From positions 132,612-196,611 of the forward strand of contig CANIVT010000001.1 of NCBI GenBank assembly GCA_947471565.1: a stretch of DNA of 64,000 nt, read 5' to 3'. Below the pieces are notes generated by a model that was given only the letters and a program-made list of their open reading frames with translations, did not search any database and was not told the DNA's origin. Of the stretch, positions 55,383-64,000 are shown piece by piece. How positions within the stretch are numbered: position 1 is the stretch's first letter; every line of letters starts with the position of its first letter. Position numbers and translations under genes: made by a program. This DNA is from Spartobacteria bacterium (GTDB lineage Bacteria > Verrucomicrobiota > Verrucomicrobiia > Chthoniobacterales > UBA6821).

Positions 55383-56033
55383 ATGAAAAATGAAAAGGGA
55401 ACTGACGTACCGATTCCTGTAAGAAATCCCCGACCTCCCGGGCATGTCCAGCGGGTGGGGATTTTCGGCGGAACATTCGACCCCATTCATCACGGGCATC
55501 TGTTGCTGGCCGAGGCGGCGCTCGAGCAACTTGATCTCGACAGGATCCTCTTCATTCCTGCGGCACTTTCCCCCTTCAAGCAGGATCGCCCCCCCGGTGC
55601 CTCGCCGGAACAGCGCGTGAGGATGCTGCGACTGGCGACGGCCGCCGAGCCTCGATTCGAGGTGGATGACAGGGAACTTCACAGGGAAGGACCTTCCTTC
55701 ACCTTGGACACGGTGCGCTCCCTGCTCTGGGATCATCCGGGAGTCCGCTTTCTTCTGCTGATCGGAGCCGACAATCTGGGGGAACTCGACCGCTGGCACG
55801 GAATCGACGAGTTGAGGAATCTCGTCGATTTCGCCGTGCTCGACCGGGACGGCGATCCGGCCGTGGCCTCGTGCGGCTTTCCCGTGGTGGAGCGGAGGAT
55901 TGATCTTTCCTCCACCGAAATCCGCGAGCGTCTGGGCCAAGGCCTTTCCGTTCGCTTCATGGTGCCGGCTGCTGTATATGAGGTGATCATGACTGAGCAT
56001 CCGTACCCAGACCTTTCCCATGGCCACGCGTAA
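55383..56033 (+). CDS. nadD: nicotinate-nucleotide adenylyltransferase
   Basis: VGIFGGTFDPIHHGHL and SSTEIR. The start is uncertain: ATG at 55383, or a GTG just before GIFGG. Confidence 0.8.
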   Translation: MKNEKGTDVPIPVRNPRPPGHVQRVGIFGGTFDPIHHGHLLLAEAALEQLDLDRILFIPAALSPFKQDRPPGASPEQRVRMLRLATAAEPRFEVDDRELHREGPSFTLDTVRSLLWDHPGVRFLLLIGADNLGELDRWHGIDELRNLVDFAVLDRDGDPAVASCGFPVVERRIDLSSTEIRERLGQGLSVRFMVPAAVYEVIMTEHPYPDLSHGHA

Positions 56034-56448
56034 ACCAGCCACCACTAGTACCGGCTCTCGCGCCACCTCTCGGGCAAAGAAAAAGCCAGCCGCCCCTGTT
56101 GATCCGGAGGAGACATTGGCGAGACTTTGCGCTGATGCGGCCCTGGACAAGAAGGCCGAGGATGTCGTGATCCTCGACATGAGGGGGATTTCCAGTTTCA
56201 CCGATTTCTTTGTTATCGTCTCGGGGACTTCCGAGCCTCAGCTCAAGGCGATTGCGGGCTCCATCAGGGAGCGTGTGCGCGAGGCGACGGGTCAGCGTCC
56301 GACGGCAGAGGATGGTTTTCCTGTCAGCCAGTGGGTCATCGTCGACTACGGATCGGTCATCGTTCACATCTTCCATTCCGAGAAGCGTCCCGTGTACGGC
56401 CTCGAGGATCTCTGGAACGACGCAAAGCGGATCGAGGTCACTCATTAG
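56020..56448 (+). CDS. rsfS: ribosome silencing factor RsfS (iojap-like)
   Basis: DKKAEDVVILDMRGISSFTDFFVIVSGTS and VIVHIFHSEKRPVYGLEDLW. Conserved nadD-rsfS adjacency. Confidence 0.85.
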   Translation: MATRKPATTSTGSRATSRAKKKPAAPVDPEETLARLCADAALDKKAEDVVILDMRGISSFTDFFVIVSGTSEPQLKAIAGSIRERVREATGQRPTAEDGFPVSQWVIVDYGSVIVHIFHSEKRPVYGLEDLWNDAKRIEVTH

Positions 56449-56460
56449 GGAAGCGCTGAC

Positions 56461-56604
56461 AGTTAAAACCGTTGAACGGTTAAAACGTTACAAAGTGGAC
56501 AGTCTGACCCGAGCGTTGAGATGAATGTCGTGTCATGCTCCAACGTCCCAATACGTGCGTTGAGTCTGGTTTCATCCTTCATCATTCTGAATTCATCCTT
56601 TTCG
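56461..56604. repeat. intergenic word arrays: GTTAnAA series (left) and TCATCCTTCA series (right)
   Basis: Left array: gttaaaacc-gttgaacg-gttaaaac-gttacaaa-gtggaca-gtctgac (56462-56508). Right array: tttcatccttcatcattctgaattcatcctt (56570-56600). The latter word also occurs at 29411-29450. Confidence 0.65.
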
Positions 56605-56608
56605 CTCC

Positions 56609-56797
56609 ATGGACTGGCTTGAGGAGATCCTGATCGAGTGTCCCCAGTGCGGGGAATCCTTTGCGATCCAGATCGAGACAGCCGAGGAAGGGACTGTTGG
56701 GATGATCGAGGACTGTGCTGTCTGCTGCAGACCAGCCGCCGTATCCATTACAGTCAAAGAGGGTGAGGTGACTTGTGTCACCGTGGAAGCTTCCTGA
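56609..56797 (+). CDS. CPXCG-motif cysteine-rich small protein
   Basis: 62 aa with ECPQCG ... CAVCC, a zinc-ribbon-like pair. Confidence 0.7.
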   Translation: MDWLEEILIECPQCGESFAIQIETAEEGTVGMIEDCAVCCRPAAVSITVKEGEVTCVTVEAS

Positions 56798-56854
56798 GGC
56801 ACCACGGGTCCTTAGTCGTTTTCTCGCTTCACCATTTCGCCGCTTCAAAGCACC

Positions 56855-57685
56855 ATGCCGACCATGTCTTCCCGAACCGATGCGCTCGTCCGTCTCTTCC
56901 GGGACGATGATCCCGAGACGGTGGGATTGGTGAAAGAGCAGTTGATCCTCCAGGGAGAGGCTGTTGTTCCCGAACTGCGGGATCTTTTGAATGCCGATTC
57001 GGCGATCGTGGCCGCCCATGCACAGGAGGTGCTCCATCAGATCGAGGGCACCAAAGCTGCCTCACGAATGGAGGAGATGATCCGCAGCGGGCGGGACCTG
57101 GACTGGGAGGAGATTTCCCTTCTGGTGGCCTCGGCCCTTCTCCCTTGGCTCGATCCTGACGATACACGATCCCAGCTCGATGCCTGGGGTGAGGAACTCC
57201 GCTCCCGGCTCTCCCTTGATCCCAAGAATCCGGTTCCTGTCATCACGACCTTCCTGCACGGATCGCTCGGCTTTGACGGGAATGCGGCCGATTACTACAA
57301 CCACGAGAACTCGCTTCTTCCCACCGTGATTGAGAATAGGAAAGGGCTACCGCTGACCCTGACCCTGCTCTACCGATTTGTGGCTGCCCGTGCCGGACTC
57401 GAGATCGAGGGAGTGAATCTGCCCGGGCATTTCATTGCCCGTTGCGGGGAGGTGTATTTCGATCCCTTCCATGGAGGGCGCATCCTGAGTCTGGCTGATT
57501 GCGCCGACATCCTTGCCAGGCAGGGATTGGAACTCGACGACGAGCACCTCGAGGCACCCGGATCCCGTGAGGTCGTGGCCAGGATGCTTGCCAATCTGGG
57601 GCATGCCTACTCGGTTGAGGAGTCTCGCTGGCAGAAATCGATGGTCGACCGATGGCTTGGCCTCCTGACCGGCTCCGAGCAATGA
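56855..57685 (+). CDS. transglutaminase-like / SirB1-family protein
   Basis: NRKGLPLTLTLLYRFVAARAGLEIEGVNLPGHFIARCGEVYFDPFHGG matches the SirB1/UPF0162 core as I remember it. Confidence 0.5.
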   Translation: MPTMSSRTDALVRLFRDDDPETVGLVKEQLILQGEAVVPELRDLLNADSAIVAAHAQEVLHQIEGTKAASRMEEMIRSGRDLDWEEISLLVASALLPWLDPDDTRSQLDAWGEELRSRLSLDPKNPVPVITTFLHGSLGFDGNAADYYNHENSLLPTVIENRKGLPLTLTLLYRFVAARAGLEIEGVNLPGHFIARCGEVYFDPFHGGRILSLADCADILARQGLELDDEHLEAPGSREVVARMLANLGHAYSVEESRWQKSMVDRWLGLLTGSEQ

Positions 57686-58917
57686 GGATCGAGCTCCTCA
57701 ATACCGGTAGCGAACTCCTGCTGGGAGCGGTTCGCGATGCCCATCTTCAGTGGCTGGCCCAGGAGATGTTCCCCTTGGGCCTGCGGATCGGCAGGCAGGG
57801 AACCGTTCCTGACGGATCCCCGATCAGGGATCTTCTCCAGGAGGCCTCGGGCCGCTCTGATCTGCTGATTGTGACCGGTGGGTTGGGGCCGACGACCGAC
57901 GACATCACCCGGGAGATTGCTGCGGAGTTGACGGGGCGAAAGCTCCATCTTCATCAGGAAACACTCGATCGGATCCAGGAGCGTTGCCACCGCAGGGGAT
58001 TCGCTTTTCAGGAACGGATGGCGCGCCAGGCCATGGTTCCGGAGGGTGCCAATGTCCTCCCGAATGACAACGGCACAGCGCCGGGGCTTCATCTACCCGC
58101 CCGGGACGGCCTTCCTGATATTTTCCTCCTGCCCGGGCCCCCGAGGGAACTGCAGCCGATGGCGAGGGAGCACCTGATCCCGTTTCTTCAATTAAAGACC
58201 GCCGGTCAGGATCGCCACGAGTGCAGGATCTATCGGATTGTCGGGATGGGAGAGTCGATGCTGGAAGTGAAGGTCGGATTGGAACTCTCCAAACGGCAGG
58301 ATCTCGAGGTCGGCTATTGCGCCCGGCCAAATGAGGTTGATTTCCGCCTGATCGGTCCCAAGGAGGTGCTCGATGCCGTCGAGCCGCTGGTACTTGAGGC
58401 TGTCGGCGATCACCTCCTTCCTTTGGAGGATGATTCGATGGAAGAGAGCGTTGTCCGGTTGCTTGGTGAAAGGAAGGCAACGCTTGCCACCGCCGAATCC
58501 TGCACGGGCGGTCTGCTGGCGAACCGAATCACCGATGTGCCCGGAGCCTCGGCTGTATTCCTCGAGGGGGTGGTGACTTATAGCAATAACTCCAAGACAG
58601 AGTTACTCGGTGTCCCCGCAGAACTCATCGCCACCCATGGAGCGGTGAGTGAGGAAGTCGTGCGGGCCATGGTTACCGGCGTGCTTCGCAGAAGCGGGGC
58701 AACTCATTCGCTCGCCACCACAGGTATTGCGGGTCCGGGAGGAGCGTCCGATGAGAAGCCGATCGGAACGGTCTGGCTGGCGATGGCGACAAAGGGTGGA
58801 GAGACTGTTTCCTGGAAGCAGCATCTGCCCCTCGATCGTAGGGCCTTCAAGCAAGCCGTCACCCAGTCTGCCCTCGACCGCCTCCGCAGGCATCTGGAAT
58901 CATCTTCCAACCCATGA
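57682..58917 (+). CDS. cinA: CinA-family protein (MoCF-like domain + nicotinamide-nucleotide amidase domain)
   Basis: MRIELLNTGSELLLG, TGGLGPTTDDIT, and C-terminal ATAESCTGGLLA...TGIAGPGG. ATGA overlap with the upstream gene. Confidence 0.85.
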   Translation: MRIELLNTGSELLLGAVRDAHLQWLAQEMFPLGLRIGRQGTVPDGSPIRDLLQEASGRSDLLIVTGGLGPTTDDITREIAAELTGRKLHLHQETLDRIQERCHRRGFAFQERMARQAMVPEGANVLPNDNGTAPGLHLPARDGLPDIFLLPGPPRELQPMAREHLIPFLQLKTAGQDRHECRIYRIVGMGESMLEVKVGLELSKRQDLEVGYCARPNEVDFRLIGPKEVLDAVEPLVLEAVGDHLLPLEDDSMEESVVRLLGERKATLATAESCTGGLLANRITDVPGASAVFLEGVVTYSNNSKTELLGVPAELIATHGAVSEEVVRAMVTGVLRRSGATHSLATTGIAGPGGASDEKPIGTVWLAMATKGGETVSWKQHLPLDRRAFKQAVTQSALDRLRRHLESSSNP

Positions 58918-61616
58918 GCACCTCATCGAGAGAACCGAGCGCCGAGGAGATCCGTCTGGGCGAGGATGCGCGTCGCGAGCGCTTCTGGAAGCTCTGGGGA
59001 ACCTATCTCTCCGAGCGTCAGTGGGGAACCGTACGCGAGGATTACTCGGCCAATGGTGATGTCTGGACTTCGTTTCCCTTTGACCAAGCGCGCAGTCGAG
59101 CCTACCGCTGGGGTGAGGATGGCATCCTGGGATTAAGTGACCGTTTTGGGCGGATCTGCTTCGGACTCACTCTATGGAATGGGAAAGACTCGATCCTGAA
59201 GGAACGGCTCTTCGGTCTTTCCGGCCCTCAGGGGAACCATGGCGAAGACGTCAAGGAGCTCTACTACTACCTCGACGCCACACCCACCCATTCCTACTGC
59301 AAAGGTCTCTACAAGTACCCGCAGTCTGAATTTCCTTACGAGAAGCTTATCGAGGTCAACGCCAAGCGCGGTCAAACTGAACCCGAGTACGAGCTTGTGG
59401 ACACCGGCGTTTTTGATGAAGACCGCTATTTCGACGTCCAGGTCGAGTACGCCAAAGGCTCGATCAGGGACATTCTGGTCCGTGTCACCATCAGCAATCG
59501 TGGGCCTGATCGGGCCGACTTGGTTTTTCTTCCCACGATTTGGTATCGCAACACCTGGTCCTGGGGGCCTATCGCCGAGGAATGTCTCGTGGAGCCCCGC
59601 CTCTCTCTGGCGAGGCCCGGGGTGATTCATAGCAATCACAAGGTTATGGGCGAGGGGGAGTTAACCTTTGAGAAAGGACCGGACGGGAAGTTGCCCGAAT
59701 TTCTTTTCACGGACAACGAGACCAATACCGAGCGGCTTTATGGGGTCCCTTCCAAGAGGCGCTACACCAAGGATGCGTTTCATGATGCGGTGATTCACGG
59801 GAAGGCCGATGCGGTGAACCCTCAGCAATACGGCACCAAGGCCGCGGCACGATACAACCTCAGTATTCCCGCCGGAGAGTCTGTCACCCTGCGGATGAGG
59901 CTCACCAGTCTCGGGGAGTCGGAAGGCGAGGCCCTGGATGACAGTTTCGATGATATTTTTGCGACCAGGATCAAGGAGGCTGATGAATTCTACGCTGCGA
60001 TCCTTGCTCCGACCCTTACCCCGGAAGAGAAGAATGTGTCCCGCCAGGCCTACGCAGGCCTTCTCTGGTCAAAGAAGTTCTACAATCTGGTCCAAAACGA
60101 ATGGCAGAAGGGCGACTCCACGGAACCGGCTCCTCCCGCCGGGCATGCGGTTCGAAACGCCGATTGGGACAATATCTTCAACCGCGATCTCCTCTCCATG
60201 CCCGATGCGTGGGAGTATCCCTACTACTGCTCCTGGGACTTGGCTTTCCACACGGTCGCGCTGAACCGCATCGACCCATTCTACTGCAAGGACCAGCTCA
60301 TTCTGCTCCTGCGCGAATGGTACACCCATCCGAATGGTCAGATCCCTGCCTACGAGTGGAACTTCTCCGATGTGAATCCCCCCGTGCATGGCTGGGCCGC
60401 CGTGATGCTTTACTATTCCGAGAAGAATCGAGGTCGTCGCGATACGGTCTTTTTGGAAAAAATCTTCCAGAAGCTCCTGATTAATTTCACCTGGTGGGTG
60501 AATCGCAAAGACAGCGACGGAAACAACCTCTTCGAGGGTGGCTTCCTGGGATTTGACAACATCTCCGTCTTTGACCGATCCAAGCCGCTTCCCACCGGTG
60601 GGCGACTCAAGCAGGCCGATGGTTCTTCTTGGATGGCGTTCTACTGCCTCCTGATGCTGCGCATGTCGCTGGAACTTGCATTGGAGAATCCGGTCTATGC
60701 CGACATGGGGACAAAGTTCCTGACTCACTTCACCCGCATCGTGGAGGCGATCAACGACTTCGGCGGCACGGGCCTCTGGGATGAAGAGGATGGATTCTAC
60801 TACGACCATCTGAAGCTCGAGGATCGGAGCGTGCCTATCAAGGTACGCTCGATCGTCGGTTTTATTCCGGTTCTGGCGGGTGGCCTCGTCACACCCGAAA
60901 TGCGGAATTTCAATCCGGGATACAAGAACCGGCTCGAGTGGTTCCTTAAAAACCGCCCAGAACTCTGCCGTAGTTTGCTAGAGACCAATAACGGGATTTC
61001 TGGGGGAGACGATGCATTTCACCTTCTCACGGTGACGCCTAGAAAACGGCTCGAAAGCATCCTGCGTTACATGTTCGACGAGGAGGAGTTTCTCTCTCCC
61101 CACGGTATCCGCTCGGTTTCCAAGTACCACGAGAAGAACCCCTACACCTACACGGTCAACGGGGAGGTCTATTCCGTGGATTATGAACCGGGTGAGGGTA
61201 AGACGCGGATGTTCGGGGGCAACTCCAACTGGCGGGGACCCATCTGGATGCCGATCAACTTCATGATCATCAGGACCCTGAAGATGTACGATCAGTTCTA
61301 CGGGGATTCTTTCAAGGTCGAGTTCCCCACGCGTTCGGGTAACTGGATTACCTTGGGCGAGGCGTCGAATCTTTTGGCTCAGCGGCTCACGTCACTCTTC
61401 CTCCCTGATGCCGAGGGGAACCGTCCATGCCATGGTGGGGATCCCCGATATGCAACGGCAGCTTCCTGGAAAGATCTTCTCCAGTTCCACGAATATTTTC
61501 ATGCCGATACGGGACGCGGATGCGGTGCCAGTCACCAGACCGGCTGGACGGCCCTTGTGGCTGAAATCTTGGCCAACGAAAATCCCGTCCTCCAAGACAA
61601 CCTTCTTCATAAATAA
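58914..61616 (+). CDS. GH63-related (alpha/alpha)6 glucosidase (MGH1-like)
   Basis: 900 aa. WGTVREDYSANGDVWTSFPFDQARSRAYRWGEDGI, GNHGEDVKELYYYLD and WDLAFH are typical of bacterial GH63-like glucosidases as I recall them. Confidence 0.6.
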   Translation: MSTSSREPSAEEIRLGEDARRERFWKLWGTYLSERQWGTVREDYSANGDVWTSFPFDQARSRAYRWGEDGILGLSDRFGRICFGLTLWNGKDSILKERLFGLSGPQGNHGEDVKELYYYLDATPTHSYCKGLYKYPQSEFPYEKLIEVNAKRGQTEPEYELVDTGVFDEDRYFDVQVEYAKGSIRDILVRVTISNRGPDRADLVFLPTIWYRNTWSWGPIAEECLVEPRLSLARPGVIHSNHKVMGEGELTFEKGPDGKLPEFLFTDNETNTERLYGVPSKRRYTKDAFHDAVIHGKADAVNPQQYGTKAAARYNLSIPAGESVTLRMRLTSLGESEGEALDDSFDDIFATRIKEADEFYAAILAPTLTPEEKNVSRQAYAGLLWSKKFYNLVQNEWQKGDSTEPAPPAGHAVRNADWDNIFNRDLLSMPDAWEYPYYCSWDLAFHTVALNRIDPFYCKDQLILLLREWYTHPNGQIPAYEWNFSDVNPPVHGWAAVMLYYSEKNRGRRDTVFLEKIFQKLLINFTWWVNRKDSDGNNLFEGGFLGFDNISVFDRSKPLPTGGRLKQADGSSWMAFYCLLMLRMSLELALENPVYADMGTKFLTHFTRIVEAINDFGGTGLWDEEDGFYYDHLKLEDRSVPIKVRSIVGFIPVLAGGLVTPEMRNFNPGYKNRLEWFLKNRPELCRSLLETNNGISGGDDAFHLLTVTPRKRLESILRYMFDEEEFLSPHGIRSVSKYHEKNPYTYTVNGEVYSVDYEPGEGKTRMFGGNSNWRGPIWMPINFMIIRTLKMYDQFYGDSFKVEFPTRSGNWITLGEASNLLAQRLTSLFLPDAEGNRPCHGGDPRYATAASWKDLLQFHEYFHADTGRGCGASHQTGWTALVAEILANENPVLQDNLLHK

Positions 61617-61647
61617 CCCAAGCCACGGGCATTGGCCCGAGTTCAAG

Positions 61648-62871
61648 TTATGCGGGGCGGTGCGTGGCCGTTTTTTGCAGATAGTTCACGACGCTCCTTG
61701 CGGCCCTTGTTCCGGTGGCAAAACAGCCCTGGAGGAGGTAACCGCCCGTCGGGGCCTCCCAGTCGAGCATTTCCCCGGCTAGGAAGAGTCCGGGGAGTCT
61801 GAGGACCATCAGATGATCGTCCAATTCCTTGAAGGAAACGCCTCCGGCCGAGGAGATGGCCTCAGCGATCGGTCGTGGGCCGGTGAGGGGAATCCGCAGA
61901 GCCTTGGCCGCCCCGGCAATCAAAGGAGGGGAGTGGAGGTACTCTTTTGGGGCGTAGGCCTTGAGAAGGGCCGAGCCACCCGCGCTGAGCCTCCACATCT
62001 TAGCGGCGATCAAGAGGATATTATCTTGGTTGGATCCTAAGACCTTTTCGGTCAATTCCTGTGCTGAAAATGTCGGTTTTAAATCAAGAATCAGCTCTGG
62101 ATTCTTCATGGTCCTGAGCTGATATCCAAGTTGGTAGAGGGCGCCTCCTTCCAATCCCGAACGGGTGATCAAAAGTTCTCCCTGCACCGAAACTCCGCTT
62201 GCTGTCACGGTCAGGTTCTTCAGGGGTAGACCCTCTGCAACCCCTAGAATGTCTGAATTCCAGTTTACTTCCCATCCGCAGTTGGCGGGGGTCAGGGGGG
62301 CAACGGAGAGACCCAAGTGATCAAATTGAGAAACCCACGTGCCATCGGAACCGGTTTTAGGCCAGGAGGCTCCCCCTAGTGCCATGATCACGGCGTCATG
62401 AGAGACGGTCTGAAGTCCCTCCTGTGTCTTGAATGAAAGAGTGAAGTGGTCATTATGAGGCTTCAGATCGACACATTGCCACCGCGTTCTGAAGGCAACG
62501 CCCTGATCTTTCAGTTTCTTGATCCAGCGGCGGAGGAGGTGAGCTGATTGGAATTGCTTGGGGAAGACGCGACCACTTGTCCCCACAAAGGTTTCCACAC
62601 CAAGTCCTTGGGCCCATGCTCTCAGTTCCTGATTTCCGAAGTCCGCAAGGAGGGATGTCCAGAACCCATCAGAGTGAGATCCCCTATAGCGGGTGACAAA
62701 GCGCTCTTTCTCTTCGGAGTGGGTCAGGTTGAGGCCTCCCCGTCCTGCGACCAGGAATTTCCTGCCCACTGAAGGTTTTGCCTCGTACAGGATCACAGGG
62801 ACACCGCTACCAGAAAGAACCTCGGCGGCCCTCAGACCAGCGGGGCCACCGCCCACAATGGCGACATTCAC
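61648..62871 (-). CDS. NAD(P)/FAD-dependent oxidoreductase (HI0933/BaiN-like flavoprotein)
   Basis: The GTG start gives MNVAIVGGGPAGLRAAE (Rossmann GxGxxG). C-terminal GLFLAGEMLDWEAPTGGYLLQ. Confidence 0.65.
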   Translation of the reverse strand: MNVAIVGGGPAGLRAAEVLSGSGVPVILYEAKPSVGRKFLVAGRGGLNLTHSEEKERFVTRYRGSHSDGFWTSLLADFGNQELRAWAQGLGVETFVGTSGRVFPKQFQSAHLLRRWIKKLKDQGVAFRTRWQCVDLKPHNDHFTLSFKTQEGLQTVSHDAVIMALGGASWPKTGSDGTWVSQFDHLGLSVAPLTPANCGWEVNWNSDILGVAEGLPLKNLTVTASGVSVQGELLITRSGLEGGALYQLGYQLRTMKNPELILDLKPTFSAQELTEKVLGSNQDNILLIAAKMWRLSAGGSALLKAYAPKEYLHSPPLIAGAAKALRIPLTGPRPIAEAISSAGGVSFKELDDHLMVLRLPGLFLAGEMLDWEAPTGGYLLQGCFATGTRAARSVVNYLQKTATHRPA

Positions 62872-62908
62872 GAGTTTTCTTTGGATTAAAAAGTAGTAAA
62901 AACTACTT

Positions 62909-64000
62909 CTATCCTGTTGTTCTTAAGCCGCTTGCGATGGCATTAATTGAAAGGAGAACACGGGGTAGAAGTTCCTCCGCCTTGGCCGGATTGTCGGTCC
63001 GATTCTTTCTCCACGCGGCCATGGTCTTGATTTGTTCCTCGTGGAGGACGGCCAAAGCGCGGGCGCGAAGTTGCAGGGTCTTGCCCATGCGGGGTCGGCG
63101 TTCCTCAAGGGTTCCACCAAAGACCTTGCGAAGCTGCTTTTGGGTCTTTTTAAAGTCCGTGGAGATGATCTTGAAGATCTTTTCCCGGATCTTTTTATCC
63201 GAAACTAATGTCGAATAACTTTCCATGATGTCGAGATCGGCGCTGGCAATATTAGTCTCCACATTGGAGAGGACGTAATAAAGGAAAGGATAGTTGCGCA
63301 GGTTCTTGCTCAGGGCCTTGAAGAGATCCGGGTGCTTCTTTTCGAGCGACTCCAGGGCGGTGCCCACCCCGAACCATCCCGGCAGGTAGTAGCGGCACTG
63401 GTTCCAGCTGAAGACCCAAGGGATAGCCCTCAGGTCAGCGAGACTCCTCTGGCCGGATCGGCGCTTCGGGCGGGAACCGATACGGCTCGCCTCCAGGGCA
63501 TCGATCGGTGTGGCCTGATCGTAAAAGGTGATGAATCCCTCGGCCTCGATGAGGTTGCGGTAGGCCTTGCGGCTCGACTCGGCGAGGAATGAGGCGATCT
63601 TGGCCTCATTGCCATCGTGTTTGCCGGGGCGTCGCCCAGCCAACGAGGCCTCGGTCACGCCTGCGAGCAGGAGCTCAAGGTGGTAGTTGGCCGTGTCCAC
63701 GTCGGCGTACTTTTGGGCGATCGTCTCGCCCTGCTCCGTCATGCGATGGTCACCCAACAAGGTACCGGGAGGAAGCGCGTCCAGGAAGAGGTGTGTCGGA
63801 CCTGCCCCGCGGCTGATCGTGCCGCCGCGTCCGTGAAAGAATCTCAGGGCGACACCGGCCTCCGCGGCGACGCGGGTCATCTCCTGCTGGGCCTCGTGGA
63901 GGCCCCACTGGCTGGCCATGATCCCGCAGTCCTTATTGCTGTCGCTGTAGCCGATCATGATCTGCTGGACGGGCAGAGCTCCGTGGCGTCGGTCGAGCGA
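62909..64000 (-). CDS. ppc: phosphoenolpyruvate carboxylase, C-terminal part (5' end beyond window)
   Basis: IMIGYSDSNKDCG and FHGRGGTISRGAGP, with the C-terminus ending ...GLRTTG (canonical PEPC end). The frame stays open to nt 64000. Confidence 0.9.
   Translation of the reverse strand, partial: SLDRRHGALPVQQIMIGYSDSNKDCGIMASQWGLHEAQQEMTRVAAEAGVALRFFHGRGGTISRGAGPTHLFLDALPPGTLLGDHRMTEQGETIAQKYADVDTANYHLELLLAGVTEASLAGRRPGKHDGNEAKIASFLAESSRKAYRNLIEAEGFITFYDQATPIDALEASRIGSRPKRRSGQRSLADLRAIPWVFSWNQCRYYLPGWFGVGTALESLEKKHPDLFKALSKNLRNYPFLYYVLSNVETNIASADLDIMESYSTLVSDKKIREKIFKIISTDFKKTQKQLRKVFGGTLEERRPRMGKTLQLRARALAVLHEEQIKTMAAWRKNRTDNPAKAEELLPRVLLSINAIASGLRTTG

Overview
This is a 64-kb chromosomal window from a bacterium that looks fairly GC-rich by eye. 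Gene content (GH95, GH1, GH63-like, DUF1343, DUF2723 and many lipoproteins) suggests a PVC/Verrucomicrobiota-like organism, but that is an inference only. I can support about 55 protein genes, 2 tRNAs (Pro-CGG and Arg-CCU), one IS remnant and several families of intergenic repeats. No rRNA genes or CRISPR arrays were seen. Most of the window is housekeeping: rpsA, rlmN, obg, fabG, lpxA, nadD-rsfS, ppc, cinA, and carbohydrate and envelope genes. The clear accessory region is 14.8-26.9 kb. It holds a type I restriction-modification operon (hsdM, hsdS, hsdR) split by three guest cassettes. The first is an Abi_2-type gene between hsdM and hsdS. The second is a translationally coupled pair after hsdS: a short HipA-like kinase plus a DUF3037-like protein. 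The third lies just before the intact hsdR and consists of a 39-codon hsdR 5' stub, a 436-aa orphan protein and a canonical hipBA pair. The kinase+DUF3037 pair is my best candidate for an uncharacterised defence or toxin-like system. The stub differs from the real hsdR 5' end only at synonymous sites, which points to cassette exchange by recombination on the conserved hsdR start. Other items worth a second look are listed in the findings: a perfect 50-bp palindrome next to an IS3-type remnant, intergenic arrays of 8-9-bp 'word' repeats (often as inverted pairs), a 75-bp structured repeat upstream of lpxA, AT-rich patches (including an FkbM methyltransferase gene next to tRNA-Pro), and a tandem pair of one active and one apparently inactive Deg-like protease. 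All functional calls come from motifs I recognise by eye. No database search was run. Start codons were adjusted from the ORF track where an internal ATG, a signal peptide or an ATGA overlap looked more plausible.
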